DNA of 64,000 nt from an uncultured Christensenella sp. (GTDB lineage: Bacteria; Bacillota; Clostridia; Christensenellales; UBA3700): the NCBI GenBank assembly GCA_910577845.1, contig CAJTNA010000001.1:157329-221328 (forward strand). The letters run 5' to 3'. The translations under genes and the position numbers were made by a program. The notes beneath the pieces are model-generated. The model was not told where the DNA came from and searched no databases. It was given only the letters and a program-made list of their open reading frames with translations. Shown here piece by piece: positions 31,426 to 39,254 of this stretch (its first letter is position 1; each line of letters opens with the position of its first letter).

Positions 31426-31926
31426 ATGAAAAAATTAGCAAGTTTTCTATTAATATTACTGTTTATGCTCACATTGGCTGGATGTGAGGCTGTTGATTGT
31501 GCAACTTGCAATGATACTCAAAAGATTGAATGTAATATATGCGACGGACTAGGTCAGGAAAAATGTGTTGTTTGCAATGGAAGCAGTAAGGTTGATTGTT
31601 TTTATTGTGACACCAGTGGAAGAGTTACTTGCTCTATATGTTTAGGTTTAGGTAAAAAAAATTGCACCTCTTGCAATGGTACTGGCTCAATAAAAACTTA
31701 CGATTCAAAAACTGGCAAATGGACTTATAAAACTTGCACTATATGCTCTGGTAGTGGGAGAAAGTTTTGTACATATTGCGGTGGGATGGGAACTAATAAG
31801 TGCACATGTTCATTAGGCAAAAGAAATTGTACTCAATGCACAAGTGGAAAAATTATTTGTGAAAATTGCAATGGAACAGGAAAGCAGAAATGCAAAGATT
31901 GTATAAAAAGAACGGAACTTTATTAA
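31426..31926 (+). CDS. Lipoprotein with about 11 CxxC motifs (DnaJ cysteine-rich-domain-like repeats)
   Basis: Signal peptide with lipobox LTLAGC. The mature part is almost entirely CxxCxGxG-like units (CNICDGLG, CVVCNGSS, CTSCNGTG, CTICSGSG, CTYCGGMG, CENCNGTG). Confidence 0.75.
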   Translation: MKKLASFLLILLFMLTLAGCEAVDCATCNDTQKIECNICDGLGQEKCVVCNGSSKVDCFYCDTSGRVTCSICLGLGKKNCTSCNGTGSIKTYDSKTGKWTYKTCTICSGSGRKFCTYCGGMGTNKCTCSLGKRNCTQCTSGKIICENCNGTGKQKCKDCIKRTELY

Positions 31927-32029
31927 CAAGGACATTTATATCCAATTTTATACATGAGAATAGAATAGTAAATTTAAATTAGGCGTAGAATATTCGATTT
32001 AGGTTTCAACCTTTCCGCCAATAATAAAT

Positions 32030-32070
32030 AATACGAACCCGTTTTAACAAAGTGGTTCGTATTATTTTTT
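32030..32070 (+). terminator. Intrinsic terminator
   Basis: aatacgaacc...ggttcgtatt followed by atttttt. It lies immediately after a partial copy of the tRNA-Ser 3' end. Confidence 0.7.
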
Positions 32071-32201
32071 GCTAAATTAAAAATTCAATTTTAAGTCTTA
32101 GTATTTATCTATGAAAGCGTGCAAACAGCACTATTCTCGTTTTATTTTATCAAACACGCACCATTACGTTATTACCAGTTGATTATACGGAAAATTGGGA
32201 C

Positions 32202-32549
32202 TTGTTTGAACGCCAAAATATGGCACAAAAAATCATTTCAGCAATAAATTTTGTTTCATCTGCTCTTGTGGCTGTGTTAGATAATTCAATTATAGGCTTT
32301 GAACTTTTAGGGAATTCTCTTTTTGGAAAAGATATGCAATATATTGATTTAGCTGAACTTTATGTTACTGAACCTTTCCGTAGATGTGGGATAGGTAAAA
32401 TGCTTTTTGAGCAAATATGTGTTAAGGCTAAACAATTTGGAGCAAAAAAGCTTTACATTTCAGCTCATTCAGCGGAGGAAAGTATAAACAGCAGAATAAA
32501 AAATCTATATACAACTATTAAATTACCCGTTGCAACAAACAACGGGTAA
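32202..32549 (+). pseudogene. GNAT acetyltransferase remnant
   Basis: Only the acetyl-CoA-binding core survives (RRCGIGKMLFE...AKKLYISAH). There is no proper N-terminus, since an upstream ATG is in another frame. The C-terminus runs into the terminator hairpin at 32523-32554. Confidence 0.55.
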
Positions 32550-32693
32550 TTTTTATCATATTTTAATAGTTTATTTTTTTCAAATCCTTAGATAATAAAT
32601 TATATTAAATTAATAGTTGATATGATAAATATTTTCAATAATATTATATCTTAATTTAAATAAAATTTTTAATTTAGCCATCAAAAAATAGTT

Positions 32694-33644
32694 TTAAAAT
32701 ACTTTATTCGCATTTTTCTTTAAATCATTATACTTTGCTCTACTCTCAATATCACCAAATAAAGTTGCTTGATTAATACCTAATTTATCAAGTTCGTCAA
32801 CAATTTTTTGTTTACATTGTTTTGGAATAACAAAACTATATATTTTATATTCATCGTTATTGTTGTACAATTCTGAATTTAGTCCAAATATAGCAAAAAG
32901 TCCATTTTGTTTTTGCAATCTATCATTATTTATTAATGGACGAACTATAAACGTACTAAAAATATCTTTTGGATTTGTTCTATAGTTCAAAAAAGCTGTT
33001 CGTTCTCTGCTAACTTCAGAAATATATTTTTGAAACACATTAACATTATTAGTTTTTAATTGCTTAATGCAGTCATTATCCAACTTTTGATTATTGTTAT
33101 CCAGCTGGTGTTCAAGAAATTTTGCCAACATATTTTTTTCTTCATCATCCAATTTAGCAAGGCACGACAACAACAATGCTCTGTCGCTTTCAAAAGATAA
33201 AATGTTCTTTTTGCGAGTGGCAATAACAAAAAACTGACCATCTTTTTCATCATGTTGATAACTTATTGTTTTAGTTGAATAATCTGCACTAGCAAACCAC
33301 AATGCAACTAGTGGATTAGTTGTCAAGTCTAACAATCTAGTCGGATATGTATAATGTTGCATTTTTGCTAATTGACTCAATGCGGATAAGCCAACAAATT
33401 CGTTTGGAAAATATGTTAAAGCATCAAAATAAGCCTCTTTTTCATTTGCATTTCTAAATACACTTGGTGTTAAACAAGTTTCATATATTTGCTTTTCTCC
33501 CCTGTAAAAGAAATTATAATTATTTTTATCAATTGAACTTTCATATTTATTTAAAAGCTTTAAAATGTTAGTATCACAAATAGGTTCGTTAATTTTTTTT
33601 ACAATACTTGACCAAGAATTTCTCATACCCAAATTATTTCTCAT
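32694..33644 (-). CDS. FRG domain-containing protein
   Basis: FFYRGE motif and AKMQHYTYPTRLLDLTTNPLVALWFA, the signature of the FRG domain family; 316 aa. Confidence 0.7.
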   Translation of the reverse strand: MRNNLGMRNSWSSIVKKINEPICDTNILKLLNKYESSIDKNNYNFFYRGEKQIYETCLTPSVFRNANEKEAYFDALTYFPNEFVGLSALSQLAKMQHYTYPTRLLDLTTNPLVALWFASADYSTKTISYQHDEKDGQFFVIATRKKNILSFESDRALLLSCLAKLDDEEKNMLAKFLEHQLDNNNQKLDNDCIKQLKTNNVNVFQKYISEVSRERTAFLNYRTNPKDIFSTFIVRPLINNDRLQKQNGLFAIFGLNSELYNNNDEYKIYSFVIPKQCKQKIVDELDKLGINQATLFGDIESRAKYNDLKKNANKVF

Positions 33645-33719
33645 TGGTTTCTCCTATAAATTCAAAACATTTTTTTTGTTATTGTACAACATCTCATATA
33701 AATATTAATATTCATTTTT

Positions 33720-34019
33720 TTAAGTAACTTTAAATATTTCCTTTGTATCTTTTTCATTGGCGTCTATAAAATCAATTAATAATCTTTCATTTGAATGTTG
33801 AGAAATAAAATCAAATATATCTTTATTCAAATTAAATATAGTGTCTTCTTCTATTTTTTCTATATCTGAAACTTTATTATTTTCTAAATCAAAACAAATA
33901 TAAATAAATTCGTCATCAAATTTCACATTTGATTCAATATAAAATTTACAACTATACTTTTTGTTCTCTACTATCATTTCTTTTACACTTCCGTAAAATT
34001 GCATTAAATTTTCCTCCAA
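33720..34019 (-). CDS. Hypothetical acidic protein (99 aa)
   Basis: ORF with a GGAGGA RBS, 75 nt upstream of the FRG gene on the same strand. No motif recognised. Confidence 0.5.
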   Translation of the reverse strand: MEENLMQFYGSVKEMIVENKKYSCKFYIESNVKFDDEFIYICFDLENNKVSDIEKIEEDTIFNLNKDIFDFISQHSNERLLIDFIDANEKDTKEIFKVT

Positions 34020-34150
34020 CTTTGTAAATCTTCCTAATTATTAAATATTTAAATTTAATAATTTTAATATATCATTTATATTTGAATTTGTCAATAGTTA
34101 AAAAAAATTCTAGCTTTCACTTTTATTAGAACAAATAATATAGTGCATAT

Positions 34151-34179
34151 TTGACAATTGTATACTTTTTTGATATAAT
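34151..34179 (+). promoter_or_regulatory. Consensus sigma-A promoter with no adjacent gene
   Basis: TTGACA, 17-nt spacer, tgaTATAAT, followed by the palindrome ttgataaatatcaa (34185-34198). The next annotated ORF starts about 450 nt downstream. Confidence 0.6.
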
Positions 34180-34636
34180 TATTTTGATAAATATCAAATG
34201 AAAATATAGAAAAATAGATAATTTTTATTGAAAAAATTATTAAATCAATGAATATGTTGCACATATTGTTGCAAAGTGCCATTGATGTAATGATGACCGT
34301 GAATTACAAAACTGGTATATGAAATATTGCTATATATAAAAATTTAATTATTGATAATTTTTTTATAGTAGCGATTTGTTGGTGAAATACTTCCAAATTT
34401 TATTAATTACTGATTCCATATTGCAATATATGGTGATTACTCAAAATATACTAGTAAACCTCTAAAAAACTTTATTTATAAAAGTAATAATAGTCACGAT
34501 ATATTTTTTATGATAATTTAAATAAAGCTATTGAAAAACTATATTTTAAAATTCAAAAGCAAACTAGTCTGCTTAAATTTATATTGAATTTAACAAACTA
34601 TAAACGAACACGATTTAATGAGGTTATTTTGACTAT

Positions 34637-35239
34637 ATGAAAAATACAAAATTGTTTATTTTAGCTATATGCACTATATTGGTTTTAGTTTTGTTAAGTT
34701 TTATATTATACATATTCATTCTGACACCTAAAGCTGACAAAATAAAAAGCAATGATTTACCAAATAGCTACTTTATATCGCAATTTACTTACATTGATTA
34801 TCAAGAACATAATGATTGCTCTGCTTACGCAACTGCATATGTTTTGCGATATTTAGGTGAAAATATAAAAGGCACAGAACTTTATTCTCAAATGAAACGG
34901 AATTTTTCAATTATGACAGCTCATAGCATTGTAAAAGCTGTCAAAAATCGGGGCTATTCTGCAAAAGCTTATCACGGAAGTATTGATTCATTAAAACAAA
35001 GACTCACCCAAGGCACGCCAATAATTTGTTTTATACGCAATCAAAATGATACTCATTATGTTGTAGTAGTTGGTTATGACAATGATTACATTTATATGGT
35101 TGATTCTATCAAAAATAATGCCAATGTGGAAGTGACAAATTTATTTAATCGTAAAGAAAGCATAGCTGACTTTGAAATGTTGTGGAACACAAATTTATAC
35201 TTTGTAAACAATATTTTTATAATTATAAATAATTGCTAA
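34637..35239 (+). CDS. Membrane-anchored peptidase C39-like (C39_2) cysteine protease
   Basis: N-terminal TM helix, catalytic Cys context HNDCSAYATAYVLRYLG and His context THYVVVVGYD. Confidence 0.7.
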   Translation: MKNTKLFILAICTILVLVLLSFILYIFILTPKADKIKSNDLPNSYFISQFTYIDYQEHNDCSAYATAYVLRYLGENIKGTELYSQMKRNFSIMTAHSIVKAVKNRGYSAKAYHGSIDSLKQRLTQGTPIICFIRNQNDTHYVVVVGYDNDYIYMVDSIKNNANVEVTNLFNRKESIADFEMLWNTNLYFVNNIFIIINNC

Positions 35240-35386
35240 AATACACATTTTACAAAATAATGAATACTATTTAGCTTTTATTCTCAAAATAATACAACTT
35301 ATAGCGAGGTAGTGTATTGATTATACTTTAAATGAAAATACAAATTAATAAAGCAAGATATTATTAAGTATACGACAAAAAATCCA

Positions 35387-35881
35387 GTGCAAATTGTTTG
35401 TGAAATGATGAAAAAAGATTTTATTAATATTCACGGACCAGAACATCATTTTTTAGATGGTGCAGTGTTTTTAGTCGCATATAACAATGCTGTGGGAAAA
35501 ATTGATATTGACAAAAGTTTGGATACACTTGAGAAACGTACTATAAATATGCCTGGTGCTATGTGTGCATATTGGGGCGTTTGCGGTGCTGTAGCTTCTG
35601 TTGCATCGGCTTTGTCAATAGTACACGGGACTCAACCTTTGAGTACAGATGAATATTATAAACATAATATGGAATATACATCTGTTGTTTTAAACAAAAT
35701 GAGTAAAATCGGCGGAGCTCGTTGCTGTAAACGCAATGCTTTTCTTTCACTATCATACGCAGTAGAATTTGTAAAAGAAAAATACAATGTTCATATGGAA
35801 TGTGAAAATCCTCAATGTGATTTTTCCGCAAAAAATGCTCAATGTCTAAATTTAAAATGTCCGTTTTATAAACAACAATGA
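35387..35881 (+). CDS. Cys-rich hypothetical protein (possibly DUF5714-like)
   Basis: HGPEHH motif, MCAYWGVCGAV, and a C-terminal cysteine cluster (CENPQCDF...CLNLKCPFY). GTG start with no clear RBS. Confidence 0.4.
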   Translation: MQIVCEMMKKDFINIHGPEHHFLDGAVFLVAYNNAVGKIDIDKSLDTLEKRTINMPGAMCAYWGVCGAVASVASALSIVHGTQPLSTDEYYKHNMEYTSVVLNKMSKIGGARCCKRNAFLSLSYAVEFVKEKYNVHMECENPQCDFSAKNAQCLNLKCPFYKQQ

Positions 35882-35992
35882 TTAGATATTTTAATTAAGA
35901 CAGGTGTATGTTCCAATTAATAAACATAATTCTATAAATACTTGTTACAAAAGTTAATAGCTTACAAATACCCTAGGAGATATAACTATTTT

Positions 35993-36163
35993 ATGAATTG
36001 GTTTAACTATTACGGTCTCATAATTGTTGCAATTATGATGATACTTAATATCGTTTATGCAATTGTTTTTAAAGACAATAACGATATTAAATATAACAAT
36101 AAAATAGCAGTAATTTTAGAACAAATAGGTAGATATGCTTGGAATGACGTGGTTGTTAGATAA
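35993..36163 (+). pseudogene. N-terminal fragment of a membrane protein
   Basis: MNWFNYYGLIIVAIMMILNIVYAI...LEQIGRYA resembles the start of a conserved Firmicute membrane protein, but it stops after about 56 aa and runs into an unrelated remnant. Confidence 0.45.
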
Positions 36164-36335
36164 TAAAAATAACATTGTTTGACATAATGGAGCAACAACA
36201 GATTTTAATAGCTATATTGGTTTTACAAAAGACAAACAAAAAGGTGTTGCAATTTTAAGCAATCTAAGTCCTAATGAAAAAGTCTCTATGACAATAATTG
36301 ATGTAAAAATTTTAACTAGTAATGCTACTTTTTAA
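36138..36335 (+). pseudogene. C-terminal remnant of a beta-lactamase-family serine hydrolase
   Basis: Hand translation: LGMTWLLDNKNNIV*HNGATTDFNSYIGFTKDKQKGVAILSNL... This is the typical HxG.t.Gf.s...v.iLsN tail. In-frame TGA at 36180-36182 where a Trp is expected. No N-terminal part is present. Confidence 0.6.
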
Positions 36336-36389
36336 AAGTTTAAAAGACAAAAGGTATAAATAATATTTTTATAAAAGGATAAAGTACTT

Positions 36390-36803
36390 ATGGATAAATC
36401 ACAAATTTTGCAATTCATATCTCAACAAAAAACAGCTTTTATTGGTTCTGTAAATGAACAAGGTTACCCAGTTATTAGGGCTATGCTTGCACCTCGCAAA
36501 ATAGACGGAAATGAAATTTATTTTTCCACAAATACTTCCTCAAACAAAATAAAGCAATATTTGGAAAATAACAAGGCTTGTGTATATTTTTATAAACGTG
36601 GCAAATTTAAATATCAAGGTGTTTCAATAATAGGTGAAATGCAAGTTTGTACTGACCAAGCGACAAAAGACGAGATTTGGCGATTTGGTGATAGCTTGTT
36701 TTATAAACAAGGCGTAACTGACCCAGATTATTGTGTTTTAAAATTTAAATGTATATCTGCAGAATATTATTGTGATTTTAAAATAGAAAAAATTGAGTTT
36801 TAA
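36390..36803 (+). CDS. Pyridoxamine 5'-phosphate oxidase family (FMN-binding split barrel) protein
   Basis: 137 aa with the pattern of general-stress-protein-26-like PNPOx proteins (GYPVIRAM..., YFSTNTSSNKIKQ). Confidence 0.7.
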   Translation: MDKSQILQFISQQKTAFIGSVNEQGYPVIRAMLAPRKIDGNEIYFSTNTSSNKIKQYLENNKACVYFYKRGKFKYQGVSIIGEMQVCTDQATKDEIWRFGDSLFYKQGVTDPDYCVLKFKCISAEYYCDFKIEKIEF

Positions 36804-36976
36804 ATTTTGATTTGTTTAAAAAATCAACTTTTATTGTTTTATTAATTTTCAGCTTACTACAATAATGGTTATTATATTTTAAATTATCACTACTCTATTA
36901 TAAATACATATTACGAACTATAAAAAATTAATGGTTCGTTTTGTTATTATAGTTATAATGATAAAATTTAAATAAC

Positions 36977-37005
36977 TTGATTTTAAACTTTTAAAATGAT
37001 ATAAT
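36977..37005 (+). promoter_or_regulatory. Promoter giving a probable leaderless mRNA for the GrpB gene
   Basis: TTGATT, 17-nt spacer, tgaTATAAT. The -10 element ends 6 nt before the ATG at 37012 and there is no SD. Confidence 0.55.
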
Positions 37006-37011
37006 TAATTT

Positions 37012-37569
37012 ATGAAAAAATTAGACGAAATGACGCTTGAAGAGCTTTGGCAATTATTCCCTATCATCTTAGCCGAACACAATCCAAATTGGAGAATTTG
37101 GTACAATGAGGAAATTGTAAATTTAAAAGGAATTTTACATAAAGGCATAGAATATTATCATATAGGCAGTACTGCAATAAAAGAAATTTGGGCAAAACCT
37201 ATAATAGATATTTTAATTGTTGTAAATGTTAAAAGCGAAATCGCACAAATTGCAAAGCGGTTACAAGATAACGATTATATAATAATGTCACAGAGCAGTA
37301 ATAGGATATCTCTTAACAAAGGTTATACTCAAAATGGTTTTTCGGAAAAAGTTTTTCATTTGCACATAAGATTAAAAGATGATATTGATGAACTATACTT
37401 TTGCAAGTATTTGAATGAGCATTTTGAGGTTGCAAAAGAATATGAAAAATTAAAATTACAACTATGGAAAGAGTTTGAGCATAATAGAGATGGTTACACT
37501 ACTGCCAAAACGGAATTTATAAAAAAATATACTCTTTTAGCAAAAGAATTTTATTGCACATTTAATTAA
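37012..37569 (+). CDS. GrpB/UPF0157 family protein
   Basis: HIGSTAI...AKPIIDILIVV and HLHIR motifs. Confidence 0.75.
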   Translation: MKKLDEMTLEELWQLFPIILAEHNPNWRIWYNEEIVNLKGILHKGIEYYHIGSTAIKEIWAKPIIDILIVVNVKSEIAQIAKRLQDNDYIIMSQSSNRISLNKGYTQNGFSEKVFHLHIRLKDDIDELYFCKYLNEHFEVAKEYEKLKLQLWKEFEHNRDGYTTAKTEFIKKYTLLAKEFYCTFN

Positions 37570-37687
37570 TAATAATTTAATTTGTTTTATTTTGGCAAAT
37601 TAACTATAATAAAATTATTGTGTTTATAGATTACCTAATTATATAATTACTATGTACAACTAAATACCAATTATGAGGTGTTATTTA

Positions 37688-38575
37688 ATGAGAAAGAATT
37701 TAATTGATAAAGAGGATTTAATTGACATTGAAGAAGATAAGGACTTGTATGATTTCCAACTTGATGATGAATATGATTGGAATACAGACGAAGACTTGGA
37801 CGCAAAATATGAATTGACAGAAGAGCTTATTTATGGTAGCAAAGAAGCTAAACAAATAGTTAAAGATACATATGCAAATTTTGACTTTGTTTATGGCAAA
37901 TACTACCCTAATGGCTTAAAAAGTAATTTTGAAAGGTTTATTTTATTGCTTGTTAAAGCATTAATGTTAGTAGGCAGTATTTTTGGTATTGTATTTTGCA
38001 CCATAATAAATCCATTGTATTTACAAGCAATTCCTTTTTTCGGTATAATTGTAATGGTAGGTATAATCCATTATTTTTTACAAGAGGAAATAAGAGAGGT
38101 TTGGTGGTTCAAGTGGAACGGCAAAACAGTAACAATATATAAAATCCTTAACAGAAATGGTAAAAATAATCTAATAGTTTATATCAATAAAAATTATGAT
38201 TGGATATACAATGTAAATAAGAAAAAATGGAAAGCAAATAGAAAATATAGTTGTATGGACAGCAGACTACTATTTAAATATTTAACTGGTTTTCTTTTTA
38301 TTGATAAAAAAGATTATGATGAAGTTGAAGTTTATGCTTGCAATAATGATAGTCTTTATGGCGGAAAAACATCTAAATTCAAGTCCTGCTCCTTAACATT
38401 AAAAAGAGGTATACCAAAACATATTACCAAGTGGACTAGCAATGTAAGTGAGAGATTTGAATTTTTGGAAGTTAATTCAAACAAGTGTGCTGAAATACCA
38501 AAATCTTTTATAGAATTTTGCGAACAAGAAGGAATTGAGTATCCAGAAGAAAACGAACATTTACATTATGTTTAA
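37688..38575 (+). CDS. Hypothetical membrane protein (acidic N-terminus, two TM segments, basic C-terminal domain)
   Basis: ORF with a GAGGTG RBS, which lies inside the longer track ORF that starts at 37673. No family recognised. Confidence 0.5.
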   Translation: MRKNLIDKEDLIDIEEDKDLYDFQLDDEYDWNTDEDLDAKYELTEELIYGSKEAKQIVKDTYANFDFVYGKYYPNGLKSNFERFILLLVKALMLVGSIFGIVFCTIINPLYLQAIPFFGIIVMVGIIHYFLQEEIREVWWFKWNGKTVTIYKILNRNGKNNLIVYINKNYDWIYNVNKKKWKANRKYSCMDSRLLFKYLTGFLFIDKKDYDEVEVYACNNDSLYGGKTSKFKSCSLTLKRGIPKHITKWTSNVSERFEFLEVNSNKCAEIPKSFIEFCEQEGIEYPEENEHLHYV

Positions 38576-38697
38576 TGGTTAGTCATTAATGAAATTATAT
38601 GCTAATTAGCCAATCCAATTTTAAATAAACTTTTAAGCATACGGCAATAAAATTCAAAGCTTATGCAAAATTAAAGGTATAATTATAGTAGGAATAT

Positions 38698-39087
38698 ATG
38701 TACAGATTTATTAATTTAAATAATCATAACGATTACTTAAAAATATTAAACATTTTGGAGCAAAAAACTAAATTTATTGAATATGTTTTGATAGATACAA
38801 ATAACACTACTCTTGTTGATTTTATACCAGAAAATATTTACTCACAAAAAAAATCTAATGCTTGGTGGGGTACTAGTACTAGCCAGTCTTGTGAGATATA
38901 TAAAATTATTGCAACTAATAATCTTTTTAGTAAACTTAGAAAGTTTAAAACCTTTTGTATTTTAAACACCACTGAATATGGTGACATCGTGGAAATTACT
39001 GATTTTGGAATAAATGATATAGCTTTTTTTGATAATAAAAGCGAACCTTTATTGTCACAACTACTCACGAGGGATACATTAGTTTAA
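38698..39087 (+). CDS. Hypothetical protein (129 aa)
   Basis: ORF with a TATAAT promoter and an AGGAA RBS upstream. No family recognised. Confidence 0.45.
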   Translation: MYRFINLNNHNDYLKILNILEQKTKFIEYVLIDTNNTTLVDFIPENIYSQKKSNAWWGTSTSQSCEIYKIIATNNLFSKLRKFKTFCILNTTEYGDIVEITDFGINDIAFFDNKSEPLLSQLLTRDTLV

Positions 39088-39140
39088 GAAATGATATAGA
39101 CTTTTAACTTTTTATAACATAACAATTTGATTTTATAAAT

Positions 39141-39167
39141 AAAATAGTTGATTTTCAACTATTTTTT
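39141..39167 (+). terminator. Intrinsic terminator
   Basis: Perfect 11-bp stem aaaatagttga-ttt-tcaactatttt followed by a T run. Confidence 0.7.
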
Positions 39168-39218
39168 GTGTTTTTGAGATATTATGTATTTGTTTTGGAT
39201 TTTGTCATTAGTTTAACA

Positions 39219-39247
39219 TTGACAAAAGTTTTTATTTATGGTAAAAT
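39219..39247 (+). promoter_or_regulatory. Promoter giving a probable leaderless mRNA for the 4TM protein
   Basis: TTGACA, 17-nt spacer, tggTAAAAT. The -10 element ends 7 nt before the ATG at 39255 and there is no SD. The promoter lies inside the longer GTG-started track ORF. Confidence 0.55.
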
Positions 39248-39254
39248 ATTACCT

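Noticed and set aside
31993-32020. Degraded second tRNA gene at the right end of the insertion.
   Set aside because: Only the last 9-12 nt resemble a tRNA acceptor 3' strand with CCA. No T-arm or other cloverleaf elements can be folded.
34053-34245. 13-nt inverted repeat (atttaataatttt / aaaattattaaat) flanking the orphan promoter at 34151, as a possible third inverton.
   Set aside because: The repeat is short and made only of A and T, in a spacer that is more than 80% A+T. Several such matches are expected by chance within a few hundred bp.
36180-36182. An in-frame TGA at a position where Trp is expected could indicate genetic code 4 (TGA read as Trp).
   Set aside because: Long core genes such as aconitase, dnaB, iorA and pepF read through intact under the standard code, with no internal TGA. 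The TGA sits in a remnant that also lacks its entire N-terminal part. A TGG-to-TGA lesion in a pseudogene is the simpler explanation.
38698-39120. Possible frameshift at the 3' end of the 129-aa ORF. An alternative frame reads IVTTTHEGYISLRNDIDF.
   Set aside because: Both frames are short and open. My recollection of a TTTHEG-type family motif is too vague to support calling a pseudogene.
39168-39254. GTG-started N-terminal extension of the 4TM protein, as given in the ORF track.
   Set aside because: The extension contains a consensus promoter (TTGACA, 17-nt spacer, TAAAAT) and has no RBS. The ATG at 39255 is the more plausible start.
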